A DNA stretch of 64,000 nucleotides from Bacteroidota bacterium (GCA_026391835.1 JAPLDF010000006.1:4773-68772), one strand, 5' to 3'; shown: positions 27,357 through 36,742, counted from the first letter of the stretch. Program-made: numbers and translations. The notes: generated by a model from the sequence alone, not told the origin.

Positions 27357-28727
27357 ATGCCTGAAAAGTTTCACTTCAAATGTGTTGATTGCAACGCGGA
27401 ATACGCAGGAGATAAGGTTATCTACCTTTGCCCTGCCTGCGAAACATTGAACAGGCCAGGCTTTCCGCCGCTGGGTGTGCTGAAAACCGTATACAACTAT
27501 GAAACCATCCGCAGTGGATCTCGCGTAAACAACCTTTTTGAACGTATGGAAGGCGAGCATTTTCTTCCGTTGTTGCCAATAAAAAACAGGGATGCATGGC
27601 CGGACCTGCGGGTTGGGAATACGCCGATGTACAGGTTGGACGGGTGGACAGGCGGACGGGCGGACGGGCGGACAGGCGGACAGGCGGACAAGCGGACGGG
27701 CGGACAGGCGGACGGGCGGACGGGCGCACAAGCGGACGGGAAGATCTTGGATGATTTTGAGGTCTTTCTGAAAGATGATTCGCAGAACCCGACCTATTCT
27801 TTCAAGGACCGTGCATCCGCACTGGTTTCGGCATGGGCACGCGAACACGGTATTCATACACTGGCAGCCGCTTCAACAGGAAATGCAGGATCATCCCTTG
27901 CGGGAATTTGCGCGTCGCAGGGGCAACATGCGATCATCGTTGTTCCGGCTGCAGCCCCGTTGGCAAAACTTACACAGATATTGATGTATGGGGCCTCGTT
28001 GATCCCCGTCAGGGGCACGTATGATGATGCCTTTGACCTGAGTGTGGAGATATCGAAACAGTACGGGTTCTACAACCGGAATACCGCTTATAACCCCCTG
28101 ACCATCGAGGGAAAGAAGACTGTCTCCTTTGAGATATTCGGGCAGCTGAATCAGCAGGTACCCGACCGCATTTTTATCCCGGTGGGCGATGGGGTCATCT
28201 TTTCCGGTGTTTGCAAGGGTTTCGAAGACCTGTTGCTTCTCGGGATAATTGACCGGATGCCGGTCCTGGTCGCTGTCCAGGCAGCGGGAAGCAGCAACCT
28301 CATCAACAACCTGAAAAAAAAATCATTTGTTGCCGCACCCTCCAATACCATCGCCGATTCCATATCAGTTGACGTTCCACGATGCTTCCATATGACGGCA
28401 GGCTACCTGGATAAATATTATGGAGAGTCGGTCCTGGTATCGGATGAGGAAATACTCGCCGCATCACTTCAGCTTTCACGATCCACGGGGTTGTTTTCTG
28501 AACCTGCCGCCGTCGCTGCCTATGCCGGCATGCTGAAGTACCGGGATCAGGGACTGATTCCATCCGGATCAAAAAATGTTGTGTTGCTGACCGGAAGCGG
28601 GTTGAAGGATCTTTCAGCGGTTCAATCGTCCATACAAATTCCTGATCCAATAGATCCTGAGATCAAGTTTGTTGAGAAGCTTTTTGGCAACAATTCCCGC
28701 CCTGCCATTTTTCCGGAAGAACAATAG
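27357..28727 (+). CDS. Threonine-synthase-like fold-type-II PLP enzyme with an N-terminal zinc ribbon and a repeat-encoded loop insertion
   Basis: The CxxC...CxxC ribbon is FKCVDCNAEY...YLCPAC. The PLP-lysine motif is NPTYSFKDRAS. Also present: AASTGNAGSSLA. Confidence 0.75.
   Translation: MPEKFHFKCVDCNAEYAGDKVIYLCPACETLNRPGFPPLGVLKTVYNYETIRSGSRVNNLFERMEGEHFLPLLPIKNRDAWPDLRVGNTPMYRLDGWTGGRADGRTGGQADKRTGGQADGRTGAQADGKILDDFEVFLKDDSQNPTYSFKDRASALVSAWAREHGIHTLAAASTGNAGSSLAGICASQGQHAIIVVPAAAPLAKLTQILMYGASLIPVRGTYDDAFDLSVEISKQYGFYNRNTAYNPLTIEGKKTVSFEIFGQLNQQVPDRIFIPVGDGVIFSGVCKGFEDLLLLGIIDRMPVLVAVQAAGSSNLINNLKKKSFVAAPSNTIADSISVDVPRCFHMTAGYLDKYYGESVLVSDEEILAASLQLSRSTGLFSEPAAVAAYAGMLKYRDQGLIPSGSKNVVLLTGSGLKDLSAVQSSIQIPDPIDPEIKFVEKLFGNNSRPAIFPEEQ
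27638..27741. repeat. 13 tandem octamers (GGACGGGC / GGACAGGC / GGACAAGC) inside the threonine-synthase-like CDS
   Basis: Counted unit by unit from 27638. They encode an 8-aa periodic peptide: GRADGRTG GQADKRTG GQADGRTG AQADG. Confidence 0.92.
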
Positions 28728-28749
28728 CTGCGGACCACATAAAGCTGAA

Positions 28750-29811
28750 ATGAAAAAAAAGATCTTTACATATCTCGCATTCACTTTATTGATTTGCACA
28801 GGTATTTTCCTGTTTCTCCTATTTTATCCACGGAAATACAACGTCCCTCAGTTGCAGGGCAGAAAAAATATCCAATACTGGACTTTACCTACAGGCTCGC
28901 GGATTGCATATACCTTCATTGCTTCCAAAGGTGCAAAAATGCCATACCCTGTTATCTATTTACATGGCGGCCCGGGTGGGTTTATATCCGACGCAACCGT
29001 ACAACGCTTTTTACCACTCTCAGAAGACGGATTTGATGTGTACCTGTACGACCAGGTTGGGAGCGGCTATTCCGGCCGGTTGGAAAATATTGAAGGGTAC
29101 ACCGCCGACCGGCATAAAAGGGACCTGGCAGAAATAATAAAAAAAACAGGCGCAGAAAAAGTAATCCTGATCGGACAATCCTGGGGAGCCATTCTTGCAA
29201 CCTTATATGTGGCTGACCATCCCGGCAGGGTCGAAAAACTCATCTTTACCGGGCCGGGGCCGGTATACCCGGTCAGGAAAGAGCTGGGAGCCATTGTACC
29301 ACCCGACAGCCTGCATTTAAAACAACCACTTTACTCAAACAGGCAGGCAAATGAAAAAATTGAGAACCTGAGAAGTAAAACGGTATTCCTGTATGCAAAG
29401 ATTTTCGACATAAAATTGGCTTCAGACAAGGAGATGGATGACTTTGAAACCTCGCTGTCGAATGAAACAGCGAAAACAACCGTTTGTGATACTTCAAAGG
29501 CAGGGAAAGCAAAAGGCGGGGCGGGATATTATGTGCGGATTATGACCCTGCGGAGCTTGTTTGAGATGCGGGACCCCAGGCCTCAATTGAAAAACTCACC
29601 GGTTCCGTTATTCATTATGCGGGGGGAATGCGACAATCAGAAATGGGGTTATCTTACCGAGTACATGGAGCTTTTCCCAAACCACCAACTGGTGGTCATC
29701 CCCGGCGCCGGGCATGCCATTTCGGTGGAGCAACCAGGGTTGTACCTGAAAACATTGCGTGCATTTTTACATGAACAGACACCGGCACCAGCCAAAGAAC
29801 TGAAGATATGA
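28750..29811 (+). CDS. Membrane-anchored alpha/beta hydrolase, proline-iminopeptidase-like (S33-like)
   Basis: An internal ATG at 28750 gives MKKKIFTYLAFTLLICTGIFLFLLF, an N-terminal TM helix. Also present are YLHGGPGG and the nucleophile elbow GQSWGA. Confidence 0.7.
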   Translation: MKKKIFTYLAFTLLICTGIFLFLLFYPRKYNVPQLQGRKNIQYWTLPTGSRIAYTFIASKGAKMPYPVIYLHGGPGGFISDATVQRFLPLSEDGFDVYLYDQVGSGYSGRLENIEGYTADRHKRDLAEIIKKTGAEKVILIGQSWGAILATLYVADHPGRVEKLIFTGPGPVYPVRKELGAIVPPDSLHLKQPLYSNRQANEKIENLRSKTVFLYAKIFDIKLASDKEMDDFETSLSNETAKTTVCDTSKAGKAKGGAGYYVRIMTLRSLFEMRDPRPQLKNSPVPLFIMRGECDNQKWGYLTEYMELFPNHQLVVIPGAGHAISVEQPGLYLKTLRAFLHEQTPAPAKELKI

Positions 29812-32453
29812 TCACATTTTACCTCAACAACCTGAAAACAGAATACACCGGGGATGAGAACCTTACGCTGCTGAATTATCTCAGGGAGCGTGCAGGGATC
29901 ACCTCCGTAAAAGACGGCTGTTCAGGCCAGGCAGCCTGCGGAGCCTGCATGGTGGAAATAGACGGGAAGGCGAAGTTGTCCTGTACCCGGAAGATGAAAT
30001 TCCTTGAAGGAAACAGGGTCATTACCATGGAGGGCATTCCTGCCGAGGTCAGGGAGGTTATAGCCAGGGCATACGTGGAGAAAGGTGCCGTACAGTGTGG
30101 TTTTTGCACCCCCGGCCTGATCATGCGAACAAAAATTCTTTTTTCTGAAAACCCCGATCCTGACCGGGAACAGATCAAAAAAGCAATCAACCTGAACCTG
30201 TGCCGGTGTACCGGTTATGTAAAAATCATTGATGCAATTGAGACTGCTCTTAAAAATCTCCGTCCCTCCTCATCTCCGGAAATGAACCCTGGCGCGAACC
30301 GGCAGCCGCAAACGGATACAGTTTCAATGTCGGCCGGGTTTTCTGCCGGTATCGGTGAATCTTTGGCAAAGTACCAGGCTTACGACACCGCAATCGGCAA
30401 AAGGCTGTTTGTCAACGACATGAAGGCTGACGGCCTGCTGCATGGCGCCCTTCGGTTCAGTGATCATCCAAAGGCGCGGGTTATTTCAATCGATCCTTTT
30501 CTGGCAACAAAACTGGAGGGCGTGATCAGGGTATTTACGGCGGGTGACGTACCGGGCGAACGTTATACCGGGCTGATCATCAACGACTGGCCATTGATGA
30601 TCTCACAGGGTGAAACCACAAGATACATCGGTGATGTCATTGCCGGGGTTGTTGCCATTGATGAAGACACTGCCCGCAGGGCCGCGGAACTCATCCGGGT
30701 GGAATATGAAGTGTTTGACCCGGTTTCGGATGTGCACCTGGCCATTGAGCCGGGCGCTGCACAGGTTCACCCGGGAAAACCGAACATCCTTGAGAAGTGC
30801 ATCGTCCGCAGGAGTGATTTTACCGGTTCGCCCCTGGCACAAACTGCATACCGGTCGTCAGGCATTTATGAAACCCAGCGGATCGAGCATGCTTTCCTGG
30901 AAACGGAAGCGGCTCTGGCCCTGCCGGAGGCAACCGGAATTCATCTTTACAGCCAGGGACAAGGCATCTACGTTGATCAGCGGCAGGTGGCATCGCTGCT
31001 TGGACTGGATGAAGACCAGGTCAGGGTCACCCTCGTCCCATGTGGTGGCGGATTTGGCGGACGGGAAGATATGACCGTACAGGGACATGTGTCGCTGTTC
31101 GCTTTTCTTTTGCAACAACCGGTGAAACTGCACCTTTCGCGGGAGGAGTCCATCAGGATGCACCCCAAGCGGCATCCAGTCTGGATGAACATTTCGGTTG
31201 GCTGTGACGCACACGGGATGCTCACCGACCTGAAACTCCGTGCCATCGGCGATACCGGCGCCTATGCTTCGGTCGGAACCAAAGTGATGGAACGGGTTGC
31301 CGGTCATGCCTGCGGCGGGTATCACATTCCTTCGGTCGACATTGAGTCACTTACCGTTTACACCAACAACATCCCTTCGGGTGCCATGCGCGGATTTGGA
31401 GCCAACCAGGTAGCTTTTGCATTGGAAAGCTGCATCGATGAACTGTGTGCGCAAGGAGGCTTCGACCGCTGGAAATTCAGGTTCGACAATGCCCTGGATG
31501 ACGGAAAAATGACGGCTACCGGCCAGGTCCTGGGCAAAGGCGTCGGGATCAGGGCTTGTCTTCTTGCCCTGAAAGATCAATTCTATGCGGCAAAGTATAC
31601 CGGTCTCGCCTGCGGGATCAAGAATTCGGGCGTGGGCAATGGCATGACCGACTTTTGTGATGTAAAGATCAGCATCCTGGAAAACGGACGGGTGCTGATC
31701 GAACACGGATGGACCGAAATGGGACAGGGAGTACAGAACATGGCCATCCAAACCCTGCACCAGGAGACGGCTATAAACGCTTCCCTGATCGATGTCGTGG
31801 TAGATACAAACGCCCTGCTACCTACCGGTATGACAACTTCTTCGCGTGCAACCGCTTTGCTGGGGAATGCCATCATCGATGCCTCCGCGGCAATCAGGCA
31901 GGACCTTGATCAATTCAGTCCCGAATGTTCCGACCTGCAAGGGGATTCATCGGAACATGCGCTGCTGCTTCTGGCAGGGAATGTTTACCCGGGAAAATAT
32001 TATTGCGACTGGACCACCAAACCCGGCGCTGAAGTGGAAAAGATCATCACCCATTATTCATACGGATATGCCGCCCAGCTAGTGGTTTTGAATGAAACCG
32101 GGGAAATCGAAACGGTGTATGCCGCCCACGATGCGGGGAAGATTATGAACCCGATGCTTTTTGAAGGACAGATCGAGGGAGCCGTTCACATGGGGCTTGG
32201 ATATGCCCTTACCGAAGATCTTCCCATGAAAGATGGCCGGCTGGTGAGTTCGAAATTGTCTGATTGTGGTGTACTCAAGGCGCTGCAAACACCAAAGATC
32301 ATTGTTATTGGCGTTGAAGAAGCCGATCCCGTTGGCCCTTACGGCGCCAAAGGCATCGGGGAGATCGGGCTGGTGCCGACCGCCGCCGCGGTTGCCAATG
32401 CATTGTGCCGGTTCGATGGGATCAGGCGAACGAAATTACCCATGAAAAGATAG
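29808..32453 (+). CDS. xdhD: XdhD-like molybdenum hydroxylase: two [2Fe-2S] domains fused to a molybdopterin-binding domain, with no FAD domain
   Basis: GCSGQAACGACMVEIDG, CGFCTPGLIM and NLCRCTGY, then an aldehyde-oxidase/xanthine-dehydrogenase-type Mo domain (GGGFGGRED, GAMRGFG). Its start overlaps the upstream stop (ATGA). Confidence 0.85.
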   Translation: MITFYLNNLKTEYTGDENLTLLNYLRERAGITSVKDGCSGQAACGACMVEIDGKAKLSCTRKMKFLEGNRVITMEGIPAEVREVIARAYVEKGAVQCGFCTPGLIMRTKILFSENPDPDREQIKKAINLNLCRCTGYVKIIDAIETALKNLRPSSSPEMNPGANRQPQTDTVSMSAGFSAGIGESLAKYQAYDTAIGKRLFVNDMKADGLLHGALRFSDHPKARVISIDPFLATKLEGVIRVFTAGDVPGERYTGLIINDWPLMISQGETTRYIGDVIAGVVAIDEDTARRAAELIRVEYEVFDPVSDVHLAIEPGAAQVHPGKPNILEKCIVRRSDFTGSPLAQTAYRSSGIYETQRIEHAFLETEAALALPEATGIHLYSQGQGIYVDQRQVASLLGLDEDQVRVTLVPCGGGFGGREDMTVQGHVSLFAFLLQQPVKLHLSREESIRMHPKRHPVWMNISVGCDAHGMLTDLKLRAIGDTGAYASVGTKVMERVAGHACGGYHIPSVDIESLTVYTNNIPSGAMRGFGANQVAFALESCIDELCAQGGFDRWKFRFDNALDDGKMTATGQVLGKGVGIRACLLALKDQFYAAKYTGLACGIKNSGVGNGMTDFCDVKISILENGRVLIEHGWTEMGQGVQNMAIQTLHQETAINASLIDVVVDTNALLPTGMTTSSRATALLGNAIIDASAAIRQDLDQFSPECSDLQGDSSEHALLLLAGNVYPGKYYCDWTTKPGAEVEKIITHYSYGYAAQLVVLNETGEIETVYAAHDAGKIMNPMLFEGQIEGAVHMGLGYALTEDLPMKDGRLVSSKLSDCGVLKALQTPKIIVIGVEEADPVGPYGAKGIGEIGLVPTAAAVANALCRFDGIRRTKLPMKR

Positions 32454-32477
32454 ATGGCAGCAATGCTTTAATTTGTG

Positions 32478-32708
32478 TTATTTGGCGGGTTCCCAGTAAC
32501 AGTTTTTTGGTGAGGTGATCTTCCCTTCTGTCTTCAGTTTTTTCATTCCTTTATCCACCTCTTTCCTGTCAAGGCCCGATAACTCTACGATCTGGCCTGC
32601 GCTGACCGGTTTTCCGGCCTGAACAATTGCTGATAAAACTTTTTCTGCCAATTCCATAATATCCGTTTTTTTGTTAGATGAACGTATGCTCCCAACTTTT
32701 TTCGCCAT
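32478..32708 (-). CDS. Small winged-helix (Z-alpha/DsrD-like) putative DNA-binding protein
   Basis: 76 aa starting at the internal ATG 32708: MAKKVGS...[54 protein letters not shown]. Confidence 0.55.
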   Translation of the reverse strand: MAKKVGSIRSSNKKTDIMELAEKVLSAIVQAGKPVSAGQIVELSGLDRKEVDKGMKKLKTEGKITSPKNCYWEPAK

Positions 32709-32873
32709 GCAGCTAACCGACAACCAACAGGGAAATAATTCGCATAAGGTTGCTGTTGAACTTTTCGTGACATTGCAAAGAAAAGAAATTTTTCAATTAT
32801 TGCGGCAGGAAAAAGATCGGAGACTTCGTTCCGATGAACAATAAATATTTTTATAAACAGAAATAAAACGAGG

Positions 32874-32881
32874 TATCTTTG
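32874..32881 (+). promoter_or_regulatory. Candidate -7 box (TATCTTTG) for ssnA-hyuA
   Basis: Exact TAnnTTTG match 22 nt upstream of ATG 32903. Confidence 0.3.
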
Positions 32882-32902
32882 GTATCTGATAGAAAAAACC
32901 CT

Positions 32903-34168
32903 ATGATATTATTAAAAAACGGCACATTCATCAACTGGCAAACACTCGAATTTACAAAGGCCGACATCCTTGTTGAGGAAGGCCCGACCGGATCGGCGAC
33001 ATTTTTCACCCCTGGTGAACACCTTGCTGGCACAACCCCTGTATTGGACTGCACCGGCAAATTCATCACCAAATCGTTTGCAAACGGGCACCATCATGTC
33101 TATTCCGCTCTTTCCCGCGGAATGCCTGCACCAAAGAAAAATCCCGGTAATTTCCTGGAAATCCTTAAGTATATCTGGTGGAACCTCGACAAGGCGCTTG
33201 ATTTGGAGATGATAAGGTCGAGTGCGCTCGTAACGGCCATGGCATGTGCCAAAAGCGGGGTTACCTTCGTGATCGATCACCATGCATCCCCGTACGCATT
33301 GGAAGGCAGCCTGGAAACCATCGCCAGGGCATTTGACGAGGTCGGTGTAGGTCACCTGCTGTGTTACGAGATCTCCGACCGCGACGGTATGGAAATCGCA
33401 CGGAAAGGACTCACCGAAACAGCTGACTACCTGTCCCGCCACCAGGGCCTGGTCGGGTTGCATGCTTCCTTTACCATTGGAAAAGAGACTTTGAACCAGG
33501 CGGTTAAAATGGCTGGCCTGAACAAATCAGGCATTCATATTCATGTGGCTGAGGATGAATCGGATGAGCAACACTGTATTGAAAATCATCATCAAAGAGT
33601 CATTGAACGGTTGTCGGATGCCGGCGTCCTGCAGTTTCCGAAGACCATCCTTGCCCATTGTCTACACCTCGACAATCACGAACGCGGGCTGGTTGAAGGT
33701 TCGCCTGCATGGGTGGTTCAGAATATGGAGAGCAACCTGAACAATTCTGTTGGATTTTTTAATTCAAAAGGACTTGGAACAAGGATCATGTTCGGTACCG
33801 ACGGCATGCACAGCGACATGCTGCGCAGCGCCAAAGCTGCTTTCTTTGCCGGGCACAATTTCGACACCATCGACTACGGTGAGACCTACCGGCGGCTCAG
33901 GAACGTGCATCATTACCTTCATTCCAACGAATTTGCCGGAGATGGCGAAAACAACCTGGTTGTCCTGGATTACGATGCGCCGACTCCTCTGTCGGCCGGT
34001 AACTTTTTCGGGCATTTCCTGTTCGGCATTGAATCAAGCCATGTGGCTCATGTGATATCCAGTGGAAAACTCATTGTATCGGGGGGCAGGGTACTTAGGG
34101 TTAATGAGCAGGAAATTCTTGAAAAATCCCACATACAGGCAATGCGGCTATGGAAGAAAATGCATTAG
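32903..34168 (+). CDS. ssnA: SsnA-like amidohydrolase (putative aminohydrolase SsnA family)
   Basis: MILLKNGTFINW..., the metal motif ANGHHHVYSAL, and HVAEDESD. It is about the size of E. coli SsnA and sits beside hyuA and xdhD homologues. Confidence 0.8.
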   Translation: MILLKNGTFINWQTLEFTKADILVEEGPTGSATFFTPGEHLAGTTPVLDCTGKFITKSFANGHHHVYSALSRGMPAPKKNPGNFLEILKYIWWNLDKALDLEMIRSSALVTAMACAKSGVTFVIDHHASPYALEGSLETIARAFDEVGVGHLLCYEISDRDGMEIARKGLTETADYLSRHQGLVGLHASFTIGKETLNQAVKMAGLNKSGIHIHVAEDESDEQHCIENHHQRVIERLSDAGVLQFPKTILAHCLHLDNHERGLVEGSPAWVVQNMESNLNNSVGFFNSKGLGTRIMFGTDGMHSDMLRSAKAAFFAGHNFDTIDYGETYRRLRNVHHYLHSNEFAGDGENNLVVLDYDAPTPLSAGNFFGHFLFGIESSHVAHVISSGKLIVSGGRVLRVNEQEILEKSHIQAMRLWKKMH

Positions 34169-35502
34169 ATAAGATCCTGATCATCAACGGCACCCTTGTC
34201 ACAGCTGAAACAAGCGTAAAAGAGGACATTGCTGTTGAAAATGGAAAAATAAAAGACTGCGGGAATTTAAACCCCGCATCTCATCCGGGCTACCGGGTGA
34301 TTGATGCTTCGGGAAAATTTATCCTTCCCGGGGGATTCGATCCGCATGTACATTTATCGCTGCCAACACCTGCCGGAAAATCGTGCGACGATTTCAGGTC
34401 GGGAAGCCTGGCTGCGCTGGCAGGTGGCACGACCTATATGATGGATTTCGTCACTCCCCGCCGCGGACAATCCATCAGGGAGGCATTGCGACTGCGAAGC
34501 GCTGAAGCTGCTGAAAGCATTGCCGGTTGCGGCTTGCACGTGGGAATCAGTGAATGGAACCCGACGGTTGCAGCAGAGATTGTCCCCTGTATTGAGCAGG
34601 ATGGCATCAGGTCGTTCAAAGCGTACCTGGCCTACCGCGAATCGATTGGAATCGGTTACGGTGAGTTACACGAACTCATGCTGATTGTTGGGTCGGCGGG
34701 CGGATTGGTCATGGTCCATTGTGAGGATGGGGAGATGATCAGCCGGTTGCAAGCGGAATTATTACAGCAGGGAAAAACGCGGGCCTGTTATCATGCCATG
34801 TCACATCCCCCGGAGGCTGAGATTCGTTCGATTGAAAAAGTTATTGAGCTGTCGGCCGTGACAAACTGCCCGGTTTACATTGTACATACATCAACCGCGA
34901 GGGGGGCCGATTTAATTGCAGCTGCCAGGAAATCCGGGATCAGGGTATTTTCCGAAACATGCCCGCACTATCTTTTACTGGATGACGCTGTGTATGATTC
35001 CGCTCTGGATGACATGAAAGTAATGCCATACATCGTGTCACCGCCCATCCGGGGCAGGTCTGATCAGCAACGGCTGTGGGAAGGGCTTTCAGATGGCACC
35101 TTTGATGTGGTGGCCACCGACCATTGTCCATTTAACCTCCATGGGCAGAAAGACCGGGGTGCCAATAATTTTACGAAAATCCCCAACGGGGCAGGCAGCA
35201 TCGAACACCGTCTGCGTTTGCTTTACACCTATGGCGTCCTGGCAAATAAAATAACCATGAACCAGTTTGTCAGCCTTGTCTCCACCCGACCGGCTGAAAT
35301 CTTCGGGCTGGGTCACCGGAAAGGGAAACTACTCCCGGGCTATGATGCCGATATCGTGATCTGGGACCCGGAATATACAGGAACCATCTCCGTAAAAAAT
35401 CACCTTGAACACTGCGATTCAGAAATTTACGAAGGCTTCCAGGTCCTTGGAGGCCCCGACACAGTTATCCTAAGCGGCAAAATCGTAAATCGTAAATCGT
35501 AA
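34150..35502 (+). CDS. hyuA: Cyclic amidohydrolase: D-hydantoinase/dihydropyrimidinase (HyuA-like)
   Basis: GGFDPHVHLSLP, SFKAYLAY (carbamylated-Lys region), MVHCEDGE and ATDHCPF. It overlaps the ssnA 3' end by 19 nt. Confidence 0.85.
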   Translation: MEENALDKILIINGTLVTAETSVKEDIAVENGKIKDCGNLNPASHPGYRVIDASGKFILPGGFDPHVHLSLPTPAGKSCDDFRSGSLAALAGGTTYMMDFVTPRRGQSIREALRLRSAEAAESIAGCGLHVGISEWNPTVAAEIVPCIEQDGIRSFKAYLAYRESIGIGYGELHELMLIVGSAGGLVMVHCEDGEMISRLQAELLQQGKTRACYHAMSHPPEAEIRSIEKVIELSAVTNCPVYIVHTSTARGADLIAAARKSGIRVFSETCPHYLLLDDAVYDSALDDMKVMPYIVSPPIRGRSDQQRLWEGLSDGTFDVVATDHCPFNLHGQKDRGANNFTKIPNGAGSIEHRLRLLYTYGVLANKITMNQFVSLVSTRPAEIFGLGHRKGKLLPGYDADIVIWDPEYTGTISVKNHLEHCDSEIYEGFQVLGGPDTVILSGKIVNRKS

Positions 35503-35544
35503 ATCGAAACTTGTCACTTGTCACTTGTCATTTGTAACTTGTCA
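35480..35544. repeat. Two adjacent heptamer arrays: (AAATCGT) x 4 at 35480-35507 and (CTTGTCA) x 5 at 35510-35544, between convergent hyuA and ygeW
   Basis: Read directly. The hyuA stop TAA at 35500-35502 lies inside the first array. The ygeW stop begins at 35546. Confidence 0.9.
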
Positions 35545-35545
35545 C

Positions 35546-36736
35546 TCACTTCACCCTCTGCCTCCCCTTCTCTTCCAAATCCCCCAGGATCCCCGCCGGA
35601 TCAGGAAACCGGTTGGTAAGCATCATTGCCGCAATGATATAGGGCTTAAAGCCCGCCTGTTTGTACAGTGGTACCCGGTAACGCTCAAAAACAGTGGCGG
35701 CAACTTCTCCGGCCACACATGAAACTCCCGAAATATCTGCCGGGAGGCAATGCATATATAAAGCCTTCCCTTCCCTGGTGAGTTTCATTTTCTCTTCGGT
35801 GCATTCCCAGTCTTTATGTTTTGCATTGTTGGCAAGACACTCTTTTTCAAGGCCTTTCAAACCATCGTGGTCATTCCTGCGGAGCAGTTCGGTGCGCCGC
35901 TGCATCACATGGAACGGGGCCCAGCTCTTGGGATAAACGATATCGGCACCCGAAAAGGCCTCTTCCATTGAATTGACCACATTGAAAGAACCACCGCTTT
36001 CACCGGCCTGTCTTCCGGCCAGTTCAACCACTTCGGGAATAAGCCCGTAACCTTCGGGGAAGGCAAGATTGACCTGCATTCCAAGCCGTGTCATCAGCCC
36101 GATGATCCCCTGGGGTACCGAAAGCGGCTTGCCATAACTGGGGGAATAGGCCCATGTCATCGCAATTTTTTTCCCTTTCAGGTTTTCAAGTGAACCGAAA
36201 ACTGTTTTCAGATGCAACAAATCGGCCATCGACTGCGTGGGATGGTCGATGTCGCATTGGAGGTTGATGATTCCCGGGCGCTGGGGCAGCACTCCGTCGG
36301 CAAAGGCCTCGTCGAGTGCGGCACCGACTTCACGCATATAGGCATTTCCTGCACCCAGGAACATGTCGTCGCGGATACCGATGATGTCGCTCAGGAACGA
36401 GATCATCGCAGAGGTTTCGCGCACGGTTTCGCCATGGGCAATCTGCGATTTGCCTTCGTCGAGATCCTGCACCGCAAGGCCAAGAAGATTGGCGGCGGAG
36501 GCAAACGAAAACCTGGTGCGCGTTGAGTTATCACGGAAATTTGAAATGGCCAGCCCTGAGTCAAAGCAACGCGGGGAGATGTTCTGGTCGCGGAGCATCT
36601 TAAGGTCTTCGGCAACAGACAGGATGGTCTCAAGGTCTTCACGTTTCTTTTCCCACGTGAGGAGGAAGTCTTTGCCGAACAGTCCGTCGGTTGAGCTGGC
36701 GGCTTTTGTAGTTATTTCTGTGTTTGGTGTGTTCAT
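35546..36736 (-). CDS. ygeW: YgeW-type knotted carbamoyltransferase
   Basis: 396 aa with NFRDNSTRTRFSF (the STRTR carbamoyl-phosphate motif), DIDHPTQSMADL and MHCLPA. Size and order match E. coli YgeW. Confidence 0.88.
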   Translation of the reverse strand: MNTPNTEITTKAASSTDGLFGKDFLLTWEKKREDLETILSVAEDLKMLRDQNISPRCFDSGLAISNFRDNSTRTRFSFASAANLLGLAVQDLDEGKSQIAHGETVRETSAMISFLSDIIGIRDDMFLGAGNAYMREVGAALDEAFADGVLPQRPGIINLQCDIDHPTQSMADLLHLKTVFGSLENLKGKKIAMTWAYSPSYGKPLSVPQGIIGLMTRLGMQVNLAFPEGYGLIPEVVELAGRQAGESGGSFNVVNSMEEAFSGADIVYPKSWAPFHVMQRRTELLRRNDHDGLKGLEKECLANNAKHKDWECTEEKMKLTREGKALYMHCLPADISGVSCVAGEVAATVFERYRVPLYKQAGFKPYIIAAMMLTNRFPDPAGILGDLEEKGRQRVK

Positions 36737-36742
36737 GGGTGT

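Noticed and set aside
27342-27857. A 171-aa minus-strand ORF with RPPVRLSARP-type proline/arginine repeats
   Set aside because: It is the antisense reading of the octamer array inside the ThrC-like gene. The sense frame carries conserved PLP-enzyme motifs on both sides, so this ORF is an artefact of the repeat.
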